Origin: Orbicella franksi
Taxonomy: Eukaryota
Length of the DNA: 64,000 bases
Direction: 5' to 3'
Assembly: GCA_964199315.1 (NCBI GenBank)
Contig: OZ116698.1
Coordinates: 2,480,001 to 2,544,000 of the forward strand
Part shown: piece after piece, positions 23,065 to 37,400 of the stretch
Layout of the letters: each line of letters begins with the position of its first letter
Position numbering within the stretch: the first letter of the stretch is position 1
Made by a program: the position numbers and the translations under genes
Notes under the pieces: model-generated
The model's input: only the letters and a program-made list of their open reading frames with translations
Databases searched by the model: none
What the model was told of the DNA's origin: nothing

Positions 23065-25510
23065 ACACTTATTTTTAGTTATAATAACACTTAAATTAAA
23101 GTGTTCAGTTTAAACCAAAAATGTTACGACAAAGAATTCTAGGTGATGCACACTTTAAGTAGCTAAATATGATTAGTCTTACCTAGTCAGGGTAGATGTC
23201 AAAGTGTGAATTTTCAAAGATTAGCTTTCTTTTCAAAGATACAGGATATAACAACCAGCGTGGTTAGTTGTTTACTGTAAGTTCTTTACCACACCCAGTA
23301 GTCTCAAGGGACATTTGCATGGTAATTTAATTCAGTTCTCACATAGTGTGCATTCTGTGATTGTTAAGTTCTGTGTGCCTTCTTTTACAGAGAGGCCTGA
23401 TCGTGAACACGACCTTAAATGTGTTTCTTTCTCCAGAGGAAGAGATAATGATATTGCAAAAGATATCCTGTCAACCTTACTTTCTTGGTTTATACCATGA
23501 TTATGGATCCTCATTTTTTTTTTTCCTATTGATTTATAATCAACATGAAATTAACTGGAAAAATCTTGATACCGATACATCTTATAGTGTGGATCTTGAA
23601 GCGTTTGCTCTTGTTGCAGATCATGAAAAAGTAAGGAAAACAGATATTATTTACTATAACAATTTTGGGTGTTTGCTTTGGTGTTTCATGGAACTTGTGC
23701 CAAATCAGCAATATTGTTCACCTGTCTGCAAACAATTAAAAGCTGCATGTACAGAGGAGTTAGGAGAATGGACCAGAATGAGTATTAAAAGTTTCCATCT
23801 GCAATTGTTTTTGCAAACTAGAATGTACTATGTGAGATAAGCATTTTCTGTTTTTACTGTGCAAAGAAAAGAAAAATTTATAAGGCCAAGTTCAGACGCC
23901 GTACTTCACATGAGCCGAATCGAATGCTAATGAGGGAGAACAAAGGATTTTTCTCATTTGCATTCGATTCGGCTCATGTGAAGTACAGCGTCTGAACTTG
24001 GCCTAAGAGTTAGGAGTTCCTTAAAATAGTTTTGTAAATTGAGAGGTTATAATCAGGAGAACGTTTGTACAATATGGCTGTGTTTTTACTTCGTTTCGTT
24101 TATTGCTTAAAAATATATTAACTAACTTCAGACTTGTAGAACTGCGAGGTCTATATAAAAATCACCACAAACCTTCTTTATATAACATTAGGTGGCAACA
24201 GAAAACAGATCAGTAGATGTGCGGTGAACATATTTTACTTAAATTTTACTTTAACTGTCATATCTGATAAAATCTATTGCACAGGTAAACTGGTGATCAG
24301 TACATTGGTGTCCTGAATTTTTGATTTTTAAGAAAATAGGGGTAAACCCACTTTTGAATAAAGATTAGTCACAGATGGTATGAAACGTTGAGGAATATAT
24401 TTGTGAGGGAAATGATTGAATAGAAATTGGATTTTAACTGACAGGATAAATTACAGCCATTTTGTTTTGCTTTCTGCTTATTAGCGAAAGATAAGTGTTT
24501 CAGATGATTAATTTAAAATCATAGGATAGAGCTGGCCTCGTGTTGAAAGTCAAGGTCAATTCTTTTCTGATGTATCAAAATATATATGACCAACTCTGGA
24601 TTTATGGACTTCTTTCAGGGCCAGTATATAACACTTGAGCGAAATAAAAAGTGACGTAATCAAAGGTAAATGTAAATAAAGGCCAGCTGCCAGTGTGCAA
24701 AGACTTGTGCTGAGAATGATCATACCTACTGTACTAAATAAAACAAATAAAACTACAGACCAAGTTTGGAACAGCTAAGAAGCATGATGTTGCAGCAGTA
24801 ATCACTGCTAATGTAAATTGCATGTCTGTCCCGCAGCCCTATGTGGCCAGTCCCACCATCTTCTACCGGGATACTAATACGTTACAAAAGAATTTGGAAT
24901 TTATCCTGAAATAAAAATATAACTAGTTGTCGGACTATAGTTAGTCTAACCGTCGCAAAGTTTTATTTCCACTATTGGCTTACGGGGAGAACTCTCAAGT
25001 GTAAAGGTCGGGGATGCTCGTCGACATTTCGCTGTAAATGGATCACCTAAAAGCGTTGTCATGAAACTCCTGCAAGCCCAAGAGATTCCTTGACGGCTGA
25101 AAATGGTGGCGTTTCGTCCTGAACACCCCTAGTGAGACCAAAATCCATGAGTTAAGCATCCGTCAATTCCAGCAGAAATATTGTTTTTCCCCGGGGACAA
25201 TCACTTGACCGAATTAGGGTAATAGCAGTGACTGATCTAGGGGAGGAGCCCCCTTATATTGGATAAAAATAAGGAAAAGTCACAGAAGGAAGAGAAGCAG
25301 AACAAAACCGGCCCCCCGCTTAGCTCAAGGTCTGGATCATATCCGCCACTGAATAGTCACTTGAACAAATGAGGTCACGGTAAATTACCCAATCTCACCT
25401 TTTTGGTGCCCTTCGGTGGCATTACCGGCGTATCAGGTTCAAGTGGTCTGGCCATGGGTATTCAAGGGATGCCAGCATGAAAAAGTGGAAATAAATCTAC
25501 GGTAAGTCTT

Positions 25511-25680
25511 TTGTATAAAGTTCTCAATCGTTTGGTTCCTAGTTATCGTGGAGATTTCTTCTCTAGCAAGAAAAATACTACGCATTATAATCTCAGGGGT
25601 TCCTTTACTTCGCTGCAGTTGCCGCAACCCAAATCTGAATTTCTAAAGAAAAGAGTTTGTTATAGTGGAGCAAACTCTAA
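25511..25680 (+). mobile_element. 3' fragment of an L2/CR1-group LINE ORF2
   Basis: MYKVLNRLVPSY...HYNLRGS...LPQPKSEFLKKRVCYSGA matches the typical L2/CR1 ORF2 C-terminus. Confidence 0.6.
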
Positions 25681-25919
25681 GTCGCTTTTCGCTTCACCCT
25701 GTAACTCAAAAACCGTTGCCACATTAATGCGAACACTTTTTAATATCTCAGCCGCATTAGCATCAGAAATTAGTTTAAGTAATTATTGTCTTAGAGTTAG
25801 TGCTAGTAATTGGTAATATATAATATCGTAAATAATTTTAGATAGTGTTAATCTTATTATAGCCGTTCGCCCCAAGTGAAAATCAGCTTGCTTGCTTTTC
25901 TTGTTGACGGGGCAAGCTT

Positions 25920-28900
25920 ATATATTTTGTAACGTTTCGCTAATTACACTGGAGTATGTTCACTATGTATGGTTCGTGTTAACTGTAGAAGTATTTTAGG
26001 CGTGAATCCCTAAGGGGCTAGTAGGCTATTTAAGAATTTGTAAGTTATGCAAGAGCCACTCGAAGGCATCTCTTTCAACTTTGCTGTTATGTCGCCGGAT
26101 ACTGAACGAGCGAGCGTTCCCGCTTCGATCGCGCAATCCTTCACTGAGGGAGATCTTTTTCATGAGACTGCTTCACGAACATTGTTTCCTCGTCTTTTGG
26201 ACGTTAAGTTTGATCAGAAGTTCGCTGCATTTAAACGCGGTCTCGACGAGAAACAAGCTGCCACTCAGTCTCAACTGTAGAGGCTAAAAACGGTATCCAA
26301 GGCTTCGAGTTCTTTTAACTCAAGTACAACACGAGTTCAGCAACTCTCTGCTGGATGCAACAGACGGGACCAGCAAGACCATCTCAAAAGGAAACCTTTC
26401 AGCAGTCAAGTTATTTCGTTCCGCGGACAAGAACCCCGCTGTTTGGGCAGCAGTGCAAGTACGAATCGACGAACTCGCCGAAGATTCAGAGGAAGAGAAA
26501 AAGCTCTGATCAGCCGAAATGCGAACGCTAGCTAAGATCCGGGAGAAAAAGCGGAAAAATGCGTCTAGCTGGCCAACTCTACAGCTACCCGCTCTACATC
26601 CAGTGAAGCTCCATCCACTCATGGCCTGTCCACTGGCAATTATTTTTCTTCTAATCAGCCTTTTTGTTTTTTTCGCATGCAGTCCTTTCGTGGACGTCAG
26701 CCTCAACTAGCAGACAAGTGTTTCAGATGCGGCCAAAGAAGCCACTGAGCAAATCCATCTTCCTGCCCAAGCCGTTTTAGAGGAGCCGCTGCAGCCCCTC
26801 CAAGCAGTAAAAATACATACTTATGGCAAATACCAAGCTGCATTGAAGAGAATGGGATAAGATGAGTATATAATTTTTTCAATTTAATCAAATGATTGGG
26901 AGACCCGGTTGAACTTATTGATAATTTTGTTGAACCATGTGATTCAAGGTTTTTCGGAAGTGTTGTAAAGACAATTTACTCTAAGGGGCTGAAAAATTTC
27001 CTTAGCTGTTCATTCATCGTTCGCGTAAATTTTGGTTATGTCAATTGTGTCCATTACTTTTAACTTTGTCATGGCAACCGCAAACTTCGTATAGGTTTGG
27101 ACAAAAATCAACTTTTTCGACATACTTCTGTATTTTTTTTTCCAGCTTTGTTCATCATTTTGCTGAATTTCACTAAATTGTACATTTCATAAGCATTCTG
27201 GCTTCATAAGCATTCTAGATTATTTTTTGACTTTTTAAGAAAATAGTATTATCCAAGATGGTGGGTCAAATGACGTCATGCGACGTCAAAACCAAAAAAT
27301 ATGTCATTATTTTATAGAGCAAGCTCAGGGCTTCCTGTACCTAAATAGAACGAAAACCCAAGGAGAGGGTTTCATCCCCCTTGTGCCACGATGGGGGTGT
27401 TAGTCCGAGGGTTAACAATTGTACTAGCCCTGATGACTGAATGAATGAATAAAAGACTGATTATCAGGACAGAACGCATTATATTTAAGTTAAAGGCAAC
27501 CTTATGGTTAATGTAGATTTTTTAAATCATATAGGTGCTTCTTGCTTTATTCGCGATACTATTTTTGATGGGTATTAGATTCTCTTTATTTACATTCCAC
27601 CCTCAGCTCAGTTTTCTAATAATCACTCAGCCATCCAGTCCAGTATAGTGATTTGTCGAGCAGGCTATTTCTGATCTTCTAGCCATAGGTTCAGTGGTCG
27701 AGTGCGCGTGTGCTCCTGCTGTTGTTAACCCGTTGTCAGTTTCCATACAGTTGGAGTTCTGGAAGAATGTTTTCGTATCTCAATTCCAGTGTTTTGCAGA
27801 CGTTGCTCGCAGACTATCTTGTATTGTATGCTCGGATGTTAGCGCTATTGGATTGGCTGCTTTCATTGCCATTGGTAACATTGCCTGTTTTCGCACAAAA
27901 ACTGAGATTCTATGTAGATACCAGATCGAGTACCACGTGGAGAGAACTCCACTGTGTTTGTTTTGCTTTGAAAAATTTGCACATCTTCTTTCAGGGTGCT
28001 CTGTTAAGTGGTTTACTGACAACCAAACTGTACCTTTGATCGTCGATTCTGGTAGTATGAAACTGTGTTCGCTTCAATTCGCGGGTGATATATTTGATAC
28101 CGCCAAAGAAAGTAATATCAAAATCGAGGCTGAGTTGATACCTCGTTCATTTAATGAGAAAGCTGATTACTTATGCAAGATCGTCGATTGATGACTGGTC
28201 AGTTAAAGATAGCTATTTTCATGAAGTAACCTCCTATCGGGGTCCCTGTTCAATTGGTTACTTTTCCAGTTTAAAAAAAAAAAAAAAAAATTCAAGTTTT
28301 TCCCAGTTTCTATTCGAAGATTCTCTAGCATTTAGTTGGGTAGGAGAAACCTGTTGGCTGATGCCACCTGTTTCGTTAGTTGAAAATGTCATCCGCCACA
28401 TGTTTTTGTCAATAGAACTGGTTACTCTTTACTGGCCTCTCAGCTCCCGTTTGGCCTTTTTGGTGGAACGTAGGTGGGGTTTCAGATCTTTTGTTATTGA
28501 TTTTCTCTTCGTTGAGAACGGTAAAGATGTTTATCTCCATGGGGCAAATAACAGTTCCCTTTTGACTCGGAGAATTTTAGTTGCTTGTCGGTGCTGTACA
28601 GTCCAGTGTCCAGTAGAATCTGTCTATGGAGAAGTCATGCCGCGCGGTCACGATTACGCTGTTTTAGGCCGTTGGGCCATGTCACCTTTGTGCGGGACTG
28701 CCCGTTTATCATGTGTTGATCTTAGGTGATTGCACTGTTTTAGGCCATTGGGCCATGTCATTTTTGTGCGGGACTGCCCGTTTATCATGTGTTGATCTTA
28801 GGTGATTACACTGTTTTAGGCCGTTGGACCATGTCATCTTTGTGCGGGACTGCCCGTTTATCATGTGTTGATCTTAGGTGATTACACTGTTTTAGACCGT

Positions 28901-30505
28901 TGGGCCATGCCATTTTTGTGCGGGACTGCCCGTTTATCACGGGTTGATCTTAGGTGATTACACTGTTTTAGGCCGTTGAGCCATGCCATTTTTGTGCAGG
29001 ACTGCCAGTATATAGTGTGCTGAATGCAAGATTTAGGCCTCTGGGCCTTCCTTATGTTCTGATCTGCGTGTTGTTGCATTTTTTTTTTCTAATTGTTCTC
29101 ACATTTCTTTTCTTATCTTTCAAGTCTACAAAGTGGATGTGTGTTTACTTCAAAGGTTGCCCACTCAAGAGATCCAGACGACTTCGCAAGTCGGCGGAAG
29201 GTCTTCCCTTGCGTGCCTGTAAAGCAAAGGCCCCTTCAACAACAGAGCGTTATTCAAGTGACTTTCAAACATTTAGAGAATGGTCTTCGCGCTTTGAGGA
29301 AGTCGCTTGTTTGCCGTCTGATGAGACGTCTTTTGCTCCTTATTTGGAGTATTTTGCTGCAGCAGAGTTCCCTCTACTCCACACTTGGTTCTGCCTGTTA
29401 TGGCATAAATTGGGCACACCATCGGTATGGCTTTCCGACTTGTGATTTGACTTGTGATAGAAGTTTTCTCGAGGCGGCTAAAATTGAGCTTGCAAAACCT
29501 GTTTCCATAAAAAGGGGGGCGCTGTTACTCCCGAGATGATCTTGAGGATATATAATAGGTTTGCGGGCGCCAAGGCTAATCCTGCTAATCTTCGCTTAGC
29601 CGCAATTTGCGTGACTGCCTGGTGGGCTTTTCTCCGCGGCAACGAGTTAGCTAGCCTTCGTTACTGTAACGTTAGTTTTTGCGATGCATTCGTCAAGATT
29701 TATATATGTAAGAGCAAAACAGATGTTTATTATATGAAATTTTTAGTTTTAATTTTATGAATTTATTTTCTTCGGAGATGTAGCATATTTTGCTCTCAAA
29801 AAATTCGTATTAAAATAAAGTTTTAGACTAGGCATGCGTTTGCGGAACTAGGATATCTTATACACTTGTTTAACTGATCTACATAGCTTAAGAACATGGG
29901 CCGCTAAGGAGCAGGCATCAGCAATCTACACTTTTTATGTCATGGCAGATAGAAGACTGATCGAGCCAAGGACGGCTAGTCACAGCTATATTACGATAGG
30001 TTAGAATCTTTACTTTCAGTGTCTAGAAGTTTGCACACTTAGATTCCTTTGTTCTCTTTCTTTATTTTCGAAAGCGGGCATCAATAAACGAGATGCCCGC
30101 CCCTGATGCTGTGTTTGTGTTTATTAAGATTAGTTACAAAATATTTTATAATCGTTTCAGGGTGATTAGAGTATAAATATATTTTGTAACGTTTCGCTAT
30201 TACACTGGAGTATGTTTACTATGTATGGTTCGTGTTAACTGTAGAAGTATTTTAGGCGTGAATCCCTAAGGGGCTAGTAGGCTATTTAAGAATTTGTAAG
30301 TTATGCAAGAGCCACTCGAAGGCATCTCTTTCAACTTTGCTTTTTAATTTTTCTGTTTATTGACTGCTGTATTTTCTTTATGATGATGTAACGCTCGCTG
30401 TATCCTGCATCAATAAACGAGATGCCCGCCCCTGATGCTGTGTTTGTGTTTATTAAGATTAGTTACAAAATATTTTATAATCGTTTCAGGGTGATTAGAG
30501 TATAA
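25920..30505 (+). mobile_element. Ngaro/PAT-type tyrosine-recombinase (DIRS order) retrotransposon with split direct repeats; decayed, RT core deleted
   Basis: A1 25920-26085 = A2 30177-30341 and B1 30078-30176 = B2 30407-30505 (A1-ORFs-B1-A2-B2). Broken gag (~26091-26760, DELAEDSEEEKKL, CFRCGQRSH knuckle), DIRS-type RNase H (STTWREL, WFTDNQ, IPRSFNEKADYL), methyltransferase-like region (DDW, WLMPPVSL) and YR (FLRGNEL, KSKTD, HGR*KTDRAKDG*). No TSD. Confidence 0.85.
28652..29006. repeat. 76-bp minisatellite, ~4.7 copies, inside the Ngaro element
   Basis: Units start at 28652, 28728, 28804, 28880 and 28956 (gattacactgttttaggccgttgggccatgtc...ttaggt). Confidence 0.9.
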
Positions 30506-31411
30506 GTACCAAATCCAGGAGATCGCCAATCAGCTTACCTTCGGCCCTAGCTAAGAAAACGTGAAAAGAAGAGCACTGCCGATTCAACACAAAGACATGT
30601 CAAATATTTCAAAGCATTTCCCCCGAAACTGCCCCCAAAAATGAAACTTTTGAGTCCTTTCCTTCGTATCTCAACTGCAGGGAGATTTGGTGTCCCCTCC
30701 GGGAGATTCTGTCCATGTCCGGTCGGGTTATCGGGGAAACTCCGGACAATCATAGATCAGTATTCTGGCAAAATACGAACCATGGCTCTAACAAACTCGC
30801 CTGATATGGTGCCAAACCATGCCAGAAATGTACGATAAGGTAAAATATCATTACACAAAAATACTGAAAAATAAAAGCAAACAATAATCAGCTACTAACT
30901 TTGAAAATGCAAATTTATTGCCTTTACTTTCTATTGGTAAAAAAACTCAGAGAAAATGAAAAATTAACGAATTTCAATCAATTCATTTTGCAAGGAGGAG
31001 CATGATGATCGACCGAAAACGCTAAGACCTGTATATATGACATAATTTCAAAGTGTAATTAAAAAATAAATGACAACACTCTCTCTGTGTTTTCGTTTTA
31101 TACAAAAAAAAAAAGAATTATCAACAGGAAATGTTGTTCAACAATAGTTATCCCCCCAAAGAGTTCTTTCTTTTCCAATACACTGTTTTAATTGAGTTGC
31201 ATTTTCAAATAGTTTATGTTTGCTATAGTTGCTAGGAGAACTTGCAAGCAGGTGCGCGACAAAGTCAACTGACCAGCCCCTGGCCGGGGAGACCCCATCC
31301 GTAACTCCTTATTAGGTAAACGGTTTAACCCATCTTGGGCACTTCGCTTCTTCATGTTTCGCAGTGGCGGAGTTCAAGCGGTACAACCCTAAAGAACCGA
31401 AAACGGCGCTT

Positions 31412-34400
31412 ATGGAAGAAGAAGGTCAGTCAATTTAACTCTTTTTCACCATATTAACTTCAAGGACTTGCATCTTGGTTGTGTAATTCAGCCGGAGTTC
31501 ATAGCTGGGAGTCGATCTTCGTTGATAGCTACGGGAAGTAGAGAAGCTAGGAGGAGGAATCGATAATGACAAACCTGCTAGTGTAATCATTTTTTGCTGA
31601 TATTGTGCGCATTAGTTACATTAACTGTCTTCTAAAAGCTGTTTTGTTTTGTTATATGTTACTCTGGAATAAAAGCAACGTAAAATCTGTATGGAAAGAT
31701 ATAGGTTAGGTGCCGTGCTGCAGTGTAAATTCGTCAAATCGTTCAGTTCAGCACTTCGTGATCATTCTAACATTCAAAACAGACTTGAGCTCCGCGATGT
31801 TTGTCATGCGCGAAGCTTAATCCAAGTGCTAAATTTAACAATAACATCACCGAAATATGGCTTCAGATCAAAGTCAAACTCTGGGCAGAAGTGCACAACA
31901 TAACAACAGATATGACAATGCGGCATTGAGAAGGTTGCGAAGATTTACGCACAAAAATTCCGTTTCGTATCAAGACAAACCATCAACTGTATGAGCTTCT
32001 TTGTGACAGATGAGATTTTACATGTAAGCTTTCTTCAGTTCGGCAAATCTCGAATTGCAAGGTCTAGAATGGACTCGTGCATAACGTATGATCCGCTGTT
32101 TTCGAACCCTCATGGATGGCATGTGACGGCTGTACCGAGAGAATTTAAGCTTACCTGTTGTCACAATTAGATGTTGTTGTTTTTTTTCTTGTGAAAAAAG
32201 AAATGTGAAAGGACTAGTGGCAAGAATTTTTTCTTTATATTTTTAGATAAAAGTCAGTTAATTCCCAACATTCGAACAACTACTGTAAATAATTAATATG
32301 GGAACATGTCGGTTTATATCTTCCTTTGGTAAAGACGTCAGTTTCCCTCTACAGTAAAAGGCTGGTAAACATGAAACACATGTAAGCATACGTACAAGCT
32401 AATAAAGAAATATGATATGCTTCCATTTTGATCAATTCTCTTATGCTTCGTAAATGCTAGTCAGAACATTAGGTTGTCAGCAGCTGTAGAGATGGTTTGA
32501 AGAACTTTTGATAACACTCCACCTAAATTAGACGAAACATCCAACTTTTATCCATAAAAATAAGTGTGCATTAAACCATTGTTGTTGGAATAAATTTCTT
32601 GTAGATACTTGAAGTCAAGAGTGTGTAGGTCCAGAAAATATCCATATCCCCACCATGGAGGTTATTTCACATAAGACCCCCCCACCTCCCATCTCCCTGG
32701 AGTTTCCATGTTTTGAACATGAAAATAACTCTCTCGCCCTCAGAAATTTCCATGAGAATTATGTACACCCCCTTTGGCAAGGAAGAATGCTAAAGTTATA
32801 GTAAACACACAAGGTTGTCCAAGCTACACATCACTGCTGTCTATTATCGATCAATTGCAGCATCTGAAAAAGGTGCGCATGAAGAAAACTTGCAGCAGTT
32901 TCTTAAACATGCTTCAGAAGTAATCAATAAAAGGTAACTTGTTAACTGTTAAATAAAAAAGAAATTGTCAAATGCCTGTATGGCCGCGCCCTTCCGAAAT
33001 CTTAAAATGCAGTAAATTTCCCGTGAAGGACCATGCAAAATGTGAATGAAATACACTGAATGCAAATATGGAGGACCACACAGTTGGTGCCTGGGACAAG
33101 TTGCATGAAAGCGAGGCTAGTCGGGCTTTGATGTTTTGTTTTGACAATGCTTCTCCAGAAAAGTCTTGCTTTATCGTTGATTTGGTCCATTTTGTGTTCC
33201 TGAATGCCACCAGAAGGGAGTGAAATCTTCCACAGCAGAGAAAGTGTTTTTTTTTTTCAGTTTGCCCATTCACCTCTGAGGATGTTCACAATCACGGAAG
33301 GAACTGTTTAGTTTGTTCGTTGCATTTCAGGCTGGAAGATCTTAGAAAATGTGTAAGGGATTGCATTTAGCGCCAAGTCGTTGTCATTAGGCTCAAAGCA
33401 TTGCTGAAATCATTACATCTTTTCTAGCATCAATAATGAAATGAAAGGCCAAAATTAACAAACTAGGCTAGTCACCAGTGCTTTTTGGTCCATAAAGTGG
33501 CTTTGTGTAGACTGGTAACAAGTAATGAGTTCTTCTTGGAGCCTCACGATAAAGAATAATTTTCTGTTTCAAGGGCAACTGGCAGCTGATCATAGTCTAT
33601 TAATTTGGCAAAAAGTTACTATAGTTTTTATTTATGAGACAGCATTTATTCAAAGAAAATATGCCTGTGCAATCGAAATCTGTTCCAAACGTGGGGTGTG
33701 TCTTATAATTGAGTATGTTTGCGCCACAAAATACAATTTTGCCAAATTTCCCTGATGATTAAACTTGTCAAACATCCACTAACATGTCATTCACTAACAT
33801 TCACATCATCGTAACCAGAGATTTTTCTGCATAAAACAAAAAGTGTTCCATGTTAACTAGCAATAAAGCAGCTGCCTACCAACCCCACATGACAAGCAAA
33901 AAGTCTGATAAGATAGATTATTTTAAAGTAGATTTTGGCCTAAATCAACGATGAAAACACACGATTTTGTTCCGTGATGAATGTTTAACCTCCAGGCATT
34001 CCATCCATCTTTTTGCGAATAGCCTGGAAGCTAGTTTTTCATCATCTGGTGTGAAAGGACTGTAACTAGCCAATTTGGAAGTATATTGTTGTTGTCGAAG
34101 TGAATATGGTAAAAAATTTCCCTGTAATTCAGGTTGCGTCTTATAACTGAATATTTAGGAGAAGTTTTCAGTTTGTAAACTTGATAAGCTTATGTCTAAA
34201 AGTTAACAATGCATCTCATAACCAAGTGCACCTTATAACTAAGTGCACCTTATAAGCAAACAAATACAGTGAAAGTGATTTGCAGATTCTTACCGTACTT
34301 AATTTTTAATTAGTTGACTTGTGCAGGGCTTGAAATTAACAAAATCCTTAAGTTGGCATTTGGCGACTAAGTGTTAAAAAATAGCCACTAAATGTAAATT

Positions 34401-37400
34401 TTTAGTCGCAAAATCAAATAGAAGAAACACAATTCATAGACATACACATGACATATTTAATGCTCAACAGTTTGTAATGCATTATGGGACGATTTCGAAC
34501 AGGGGTAGCCATTTTGAAGTTTTCAATAGAGGGAGAGTCATTTACCTTAGTGTGCCTTAGAATAATCAAACATGGCGATCCAGGTGGTGATCAAAGAATC
34601 GTGGCTTTGTTTGATTATATCTATTCAAGTAAATTGTGTCTTTCATCCACAAGTAATGTTCTTTTTCCTTTGAGATTACTGCTAGCCCTTTTAATTTGTG
34701 TCAGTCAAGGCAAAACCTAGTCACAAATTTACAACTACTCTCGCTTTTCTAATCGCAAATAAGTAAAGTTAAGTCGCAAATGTGACTGTACCGGTCACAA
34801 TTTCAAGCCCTGTTATATTTGATTGTCAATCTTGAGACCATGAGGGATTCATATGGGCCCACCCATTACTCTAAATGCTGCCATTTAAATTATGGTCACC
34901 TTGGTTTCTTGCTGTTTTGACTGTGATGTAAATGTCACAGTGGGATCCTAAAAAAATGGTTAAGTTGTATTTATCTTGATTTGTGTCTTTTTTTCAGATT
35001 CAGGCAGCCGTGGCTGCTGCGACTATGTGCTGACGGTATTATCTGTCGTCCTGTTCATCTGTACTCTGCCATTATCACTATTCTTTACTATGAAGGTATG
35101 ATGCCAAAATGACAAACCTTCTGATCCACCTACAGTAGGTCACCATGCATGACTCTCATTGATAAAATGCTCAGAATTTTGTTTCTTCTACTAAATTCTA
35201 TTTAGTTCTTATCTCCTATGTTACGCTTTTTTTTTTTTTTTTTAACAAAAAAAACAGATAGTTCAAGAATATGAGAGAGCAGTCATTTTCCGTCTTGGCC
35301 GATTGCTGCCTGGAGGTGCAAAAGGACCAGGTACAGATAATAATAACAATTTATCCTAGGTTGCGAGTTTAGAAAATCTAATGATTAGTGTAAGTTACTT
35401 TTCATAGTTTCTGCAAGGCATGTTATCAACATTTCTCCTGTGTCCCTAATGTCTCCCCTTGGGAACAATTTAGTTACATTCTGCCGTCGCATTGTAAAAG
35501 GACAAAGGTTTAAACAATGTTGAAATATTTTTAAAAAGGCTTCGTCTTTATTTTCTTTTAGGATTGTTCTTCATTTTACCTTGTATTGACTCCTATCAGA
35601 AAGTTGATCTGCGGACAGTCTCCTTTGATGTGCCACCACAAGAGGTAGGTACTCAGTGCTGTCCTGTCTTCTCTGCTAATCTTCACTGAAGGTTTCATAT
35701 CTTCATGGAACCATCAAACACATTTTTGAAGCAGGCCATCAGGTCTTTTAATCAGAGAAACCTATCAAAATACTTTTAAATCATTAACACTTCAAAATGG
35801 TGCAACAAAATGCAACTTCAAATGGAGGTTATAAAGTGCAATACGGAAGTTGCTATGGAAACTATAGGGGAAGCGCAAAATTTAAAAACAAAAAGTAAAC
35901 AGGCTGAAAGCCAGTTTGTTTCGTCCGACGAAATAGTTGTTGACCAACTGAAACTAAATGCGAAAAACCAAAACACTACTAAATCAACACAAATGTGGTT
36001 GAATGTCTGGGAAAAATGGGCAAATGAAAGAAAATTCAACCCTAAACTGGAGGAGTACGAGCCTGAAGATCGAGATAAAAAGTTACAAATGTTTTATGCT
36101 GAAGTAGGTACCAAAGATGGATTGTTACAATCCTGAGAGTTTGAAGTCCATGCTGGCAGCCCTTGACCATCATTTGAAAGAACATGACTAAAAGTACTCA
36201 ATTATACAAGACCGTGAGTTTTATAAGTCCAAGTTAGTGTTCGAGGGAAAAGTAAAACATCTTAGCTGGCAAGGAAAAGGGAAGAGGCCTTATGCGGCAA
36301 GTGCACTGACAGCCAAAGAAGAAGAAATACTTTGGACGGCAAAAAATCTCAGCAATTCCAGTCCAAGAGTTCTTTCTCAGACAATGTGGTGGCTTTTCAC
36401 TCAGCATTTTGGACTGAGGGGACGTCAGGAACACCATTCAATGGAAGTCGAAGACTTTGTATTTTGTGAAGGCGACTGTGGAACGGAGTACATTACATTT
36501 GGAGAACATCCAACAAAGACAAGACAGGGAGGACTTAACACAAAACGTCGCACAGTTTTGTCCAAAATGTTTGTCACTTGTGGTGCAAGATGTCCAGTTC
36601 AATTTTTCAAGCAGTACCTAAGTCGAAGTCTGCTAGAGCTTCGAGACAAACGTCCATTTTACCTTACTGTGATCAACAATCCCAATATAGAAATTTGGTA
36701 CAAGAAGCAGCGGCTTGGCGTTAACAGTATCGACCTTTGGAAGTATCTAGCAAGAGGCTAAGTAATCACATTGCCAGGAAGACGGTGGTAAAGAAACTGA
36801 GGGCAGCAAATGTCAAGAGGCAGTCTATCTTTCAGGTGACCAGCCACGCAAATGAAAAGTTGCTGAAGGACTACGATGAAGGAAGTGAAAGGGAGCATCA
36901 GGAGATATCACACATTATCAGCGGAACTCCAGACAACAACCAGACAACAACATCAAACAGTTCCCTAGGATTTCCGGTGTGGTCTTTTCCAACCAGTACA
37001 AAACAGATCCAGCAAGCAAGCAGCAGCCATCATGCTTTCACCGTAAACAATTTCCACAACTGTCAAGTCACGTTTAATATCATTCAAGGACAGTGCGGTT
37101 CACCTAAAAGTTCAGATCAGCATTAACTGTCTGTTCGAGCTAACTATTACGGAACAATTATAAACTTATCATCGCTTAACTGATTTTTCATGCTCTTAAT
37201 ATAAAAACTTGATCAGTTCATAATGTTTTCCCAAAAAAATTCATGTTTGGTTTACTTGTCACAAGGTTGTAATTGATTGGTTGAAATAAAACATGAGAGA
37301 AGTTTGGAAGCCATTACAGAGTTGCATGTCCATAGAAGCGTAACGGTCGCGTTTAGAATATTATAAATAAAAAATTGTATGATCACTCGTGCATTTCATG

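Noticed and set aside
28652-29006. CRISPR array
   Set aside because: Contiguous tandem units without unique spacers, in a eukaryotic retrotransposon.
31354-31392. 12-codon uORF before stomatin 2
   Set aside because: The TSS is unknown, so it may not be transcribed; short ORFs of this size are expected by chance.
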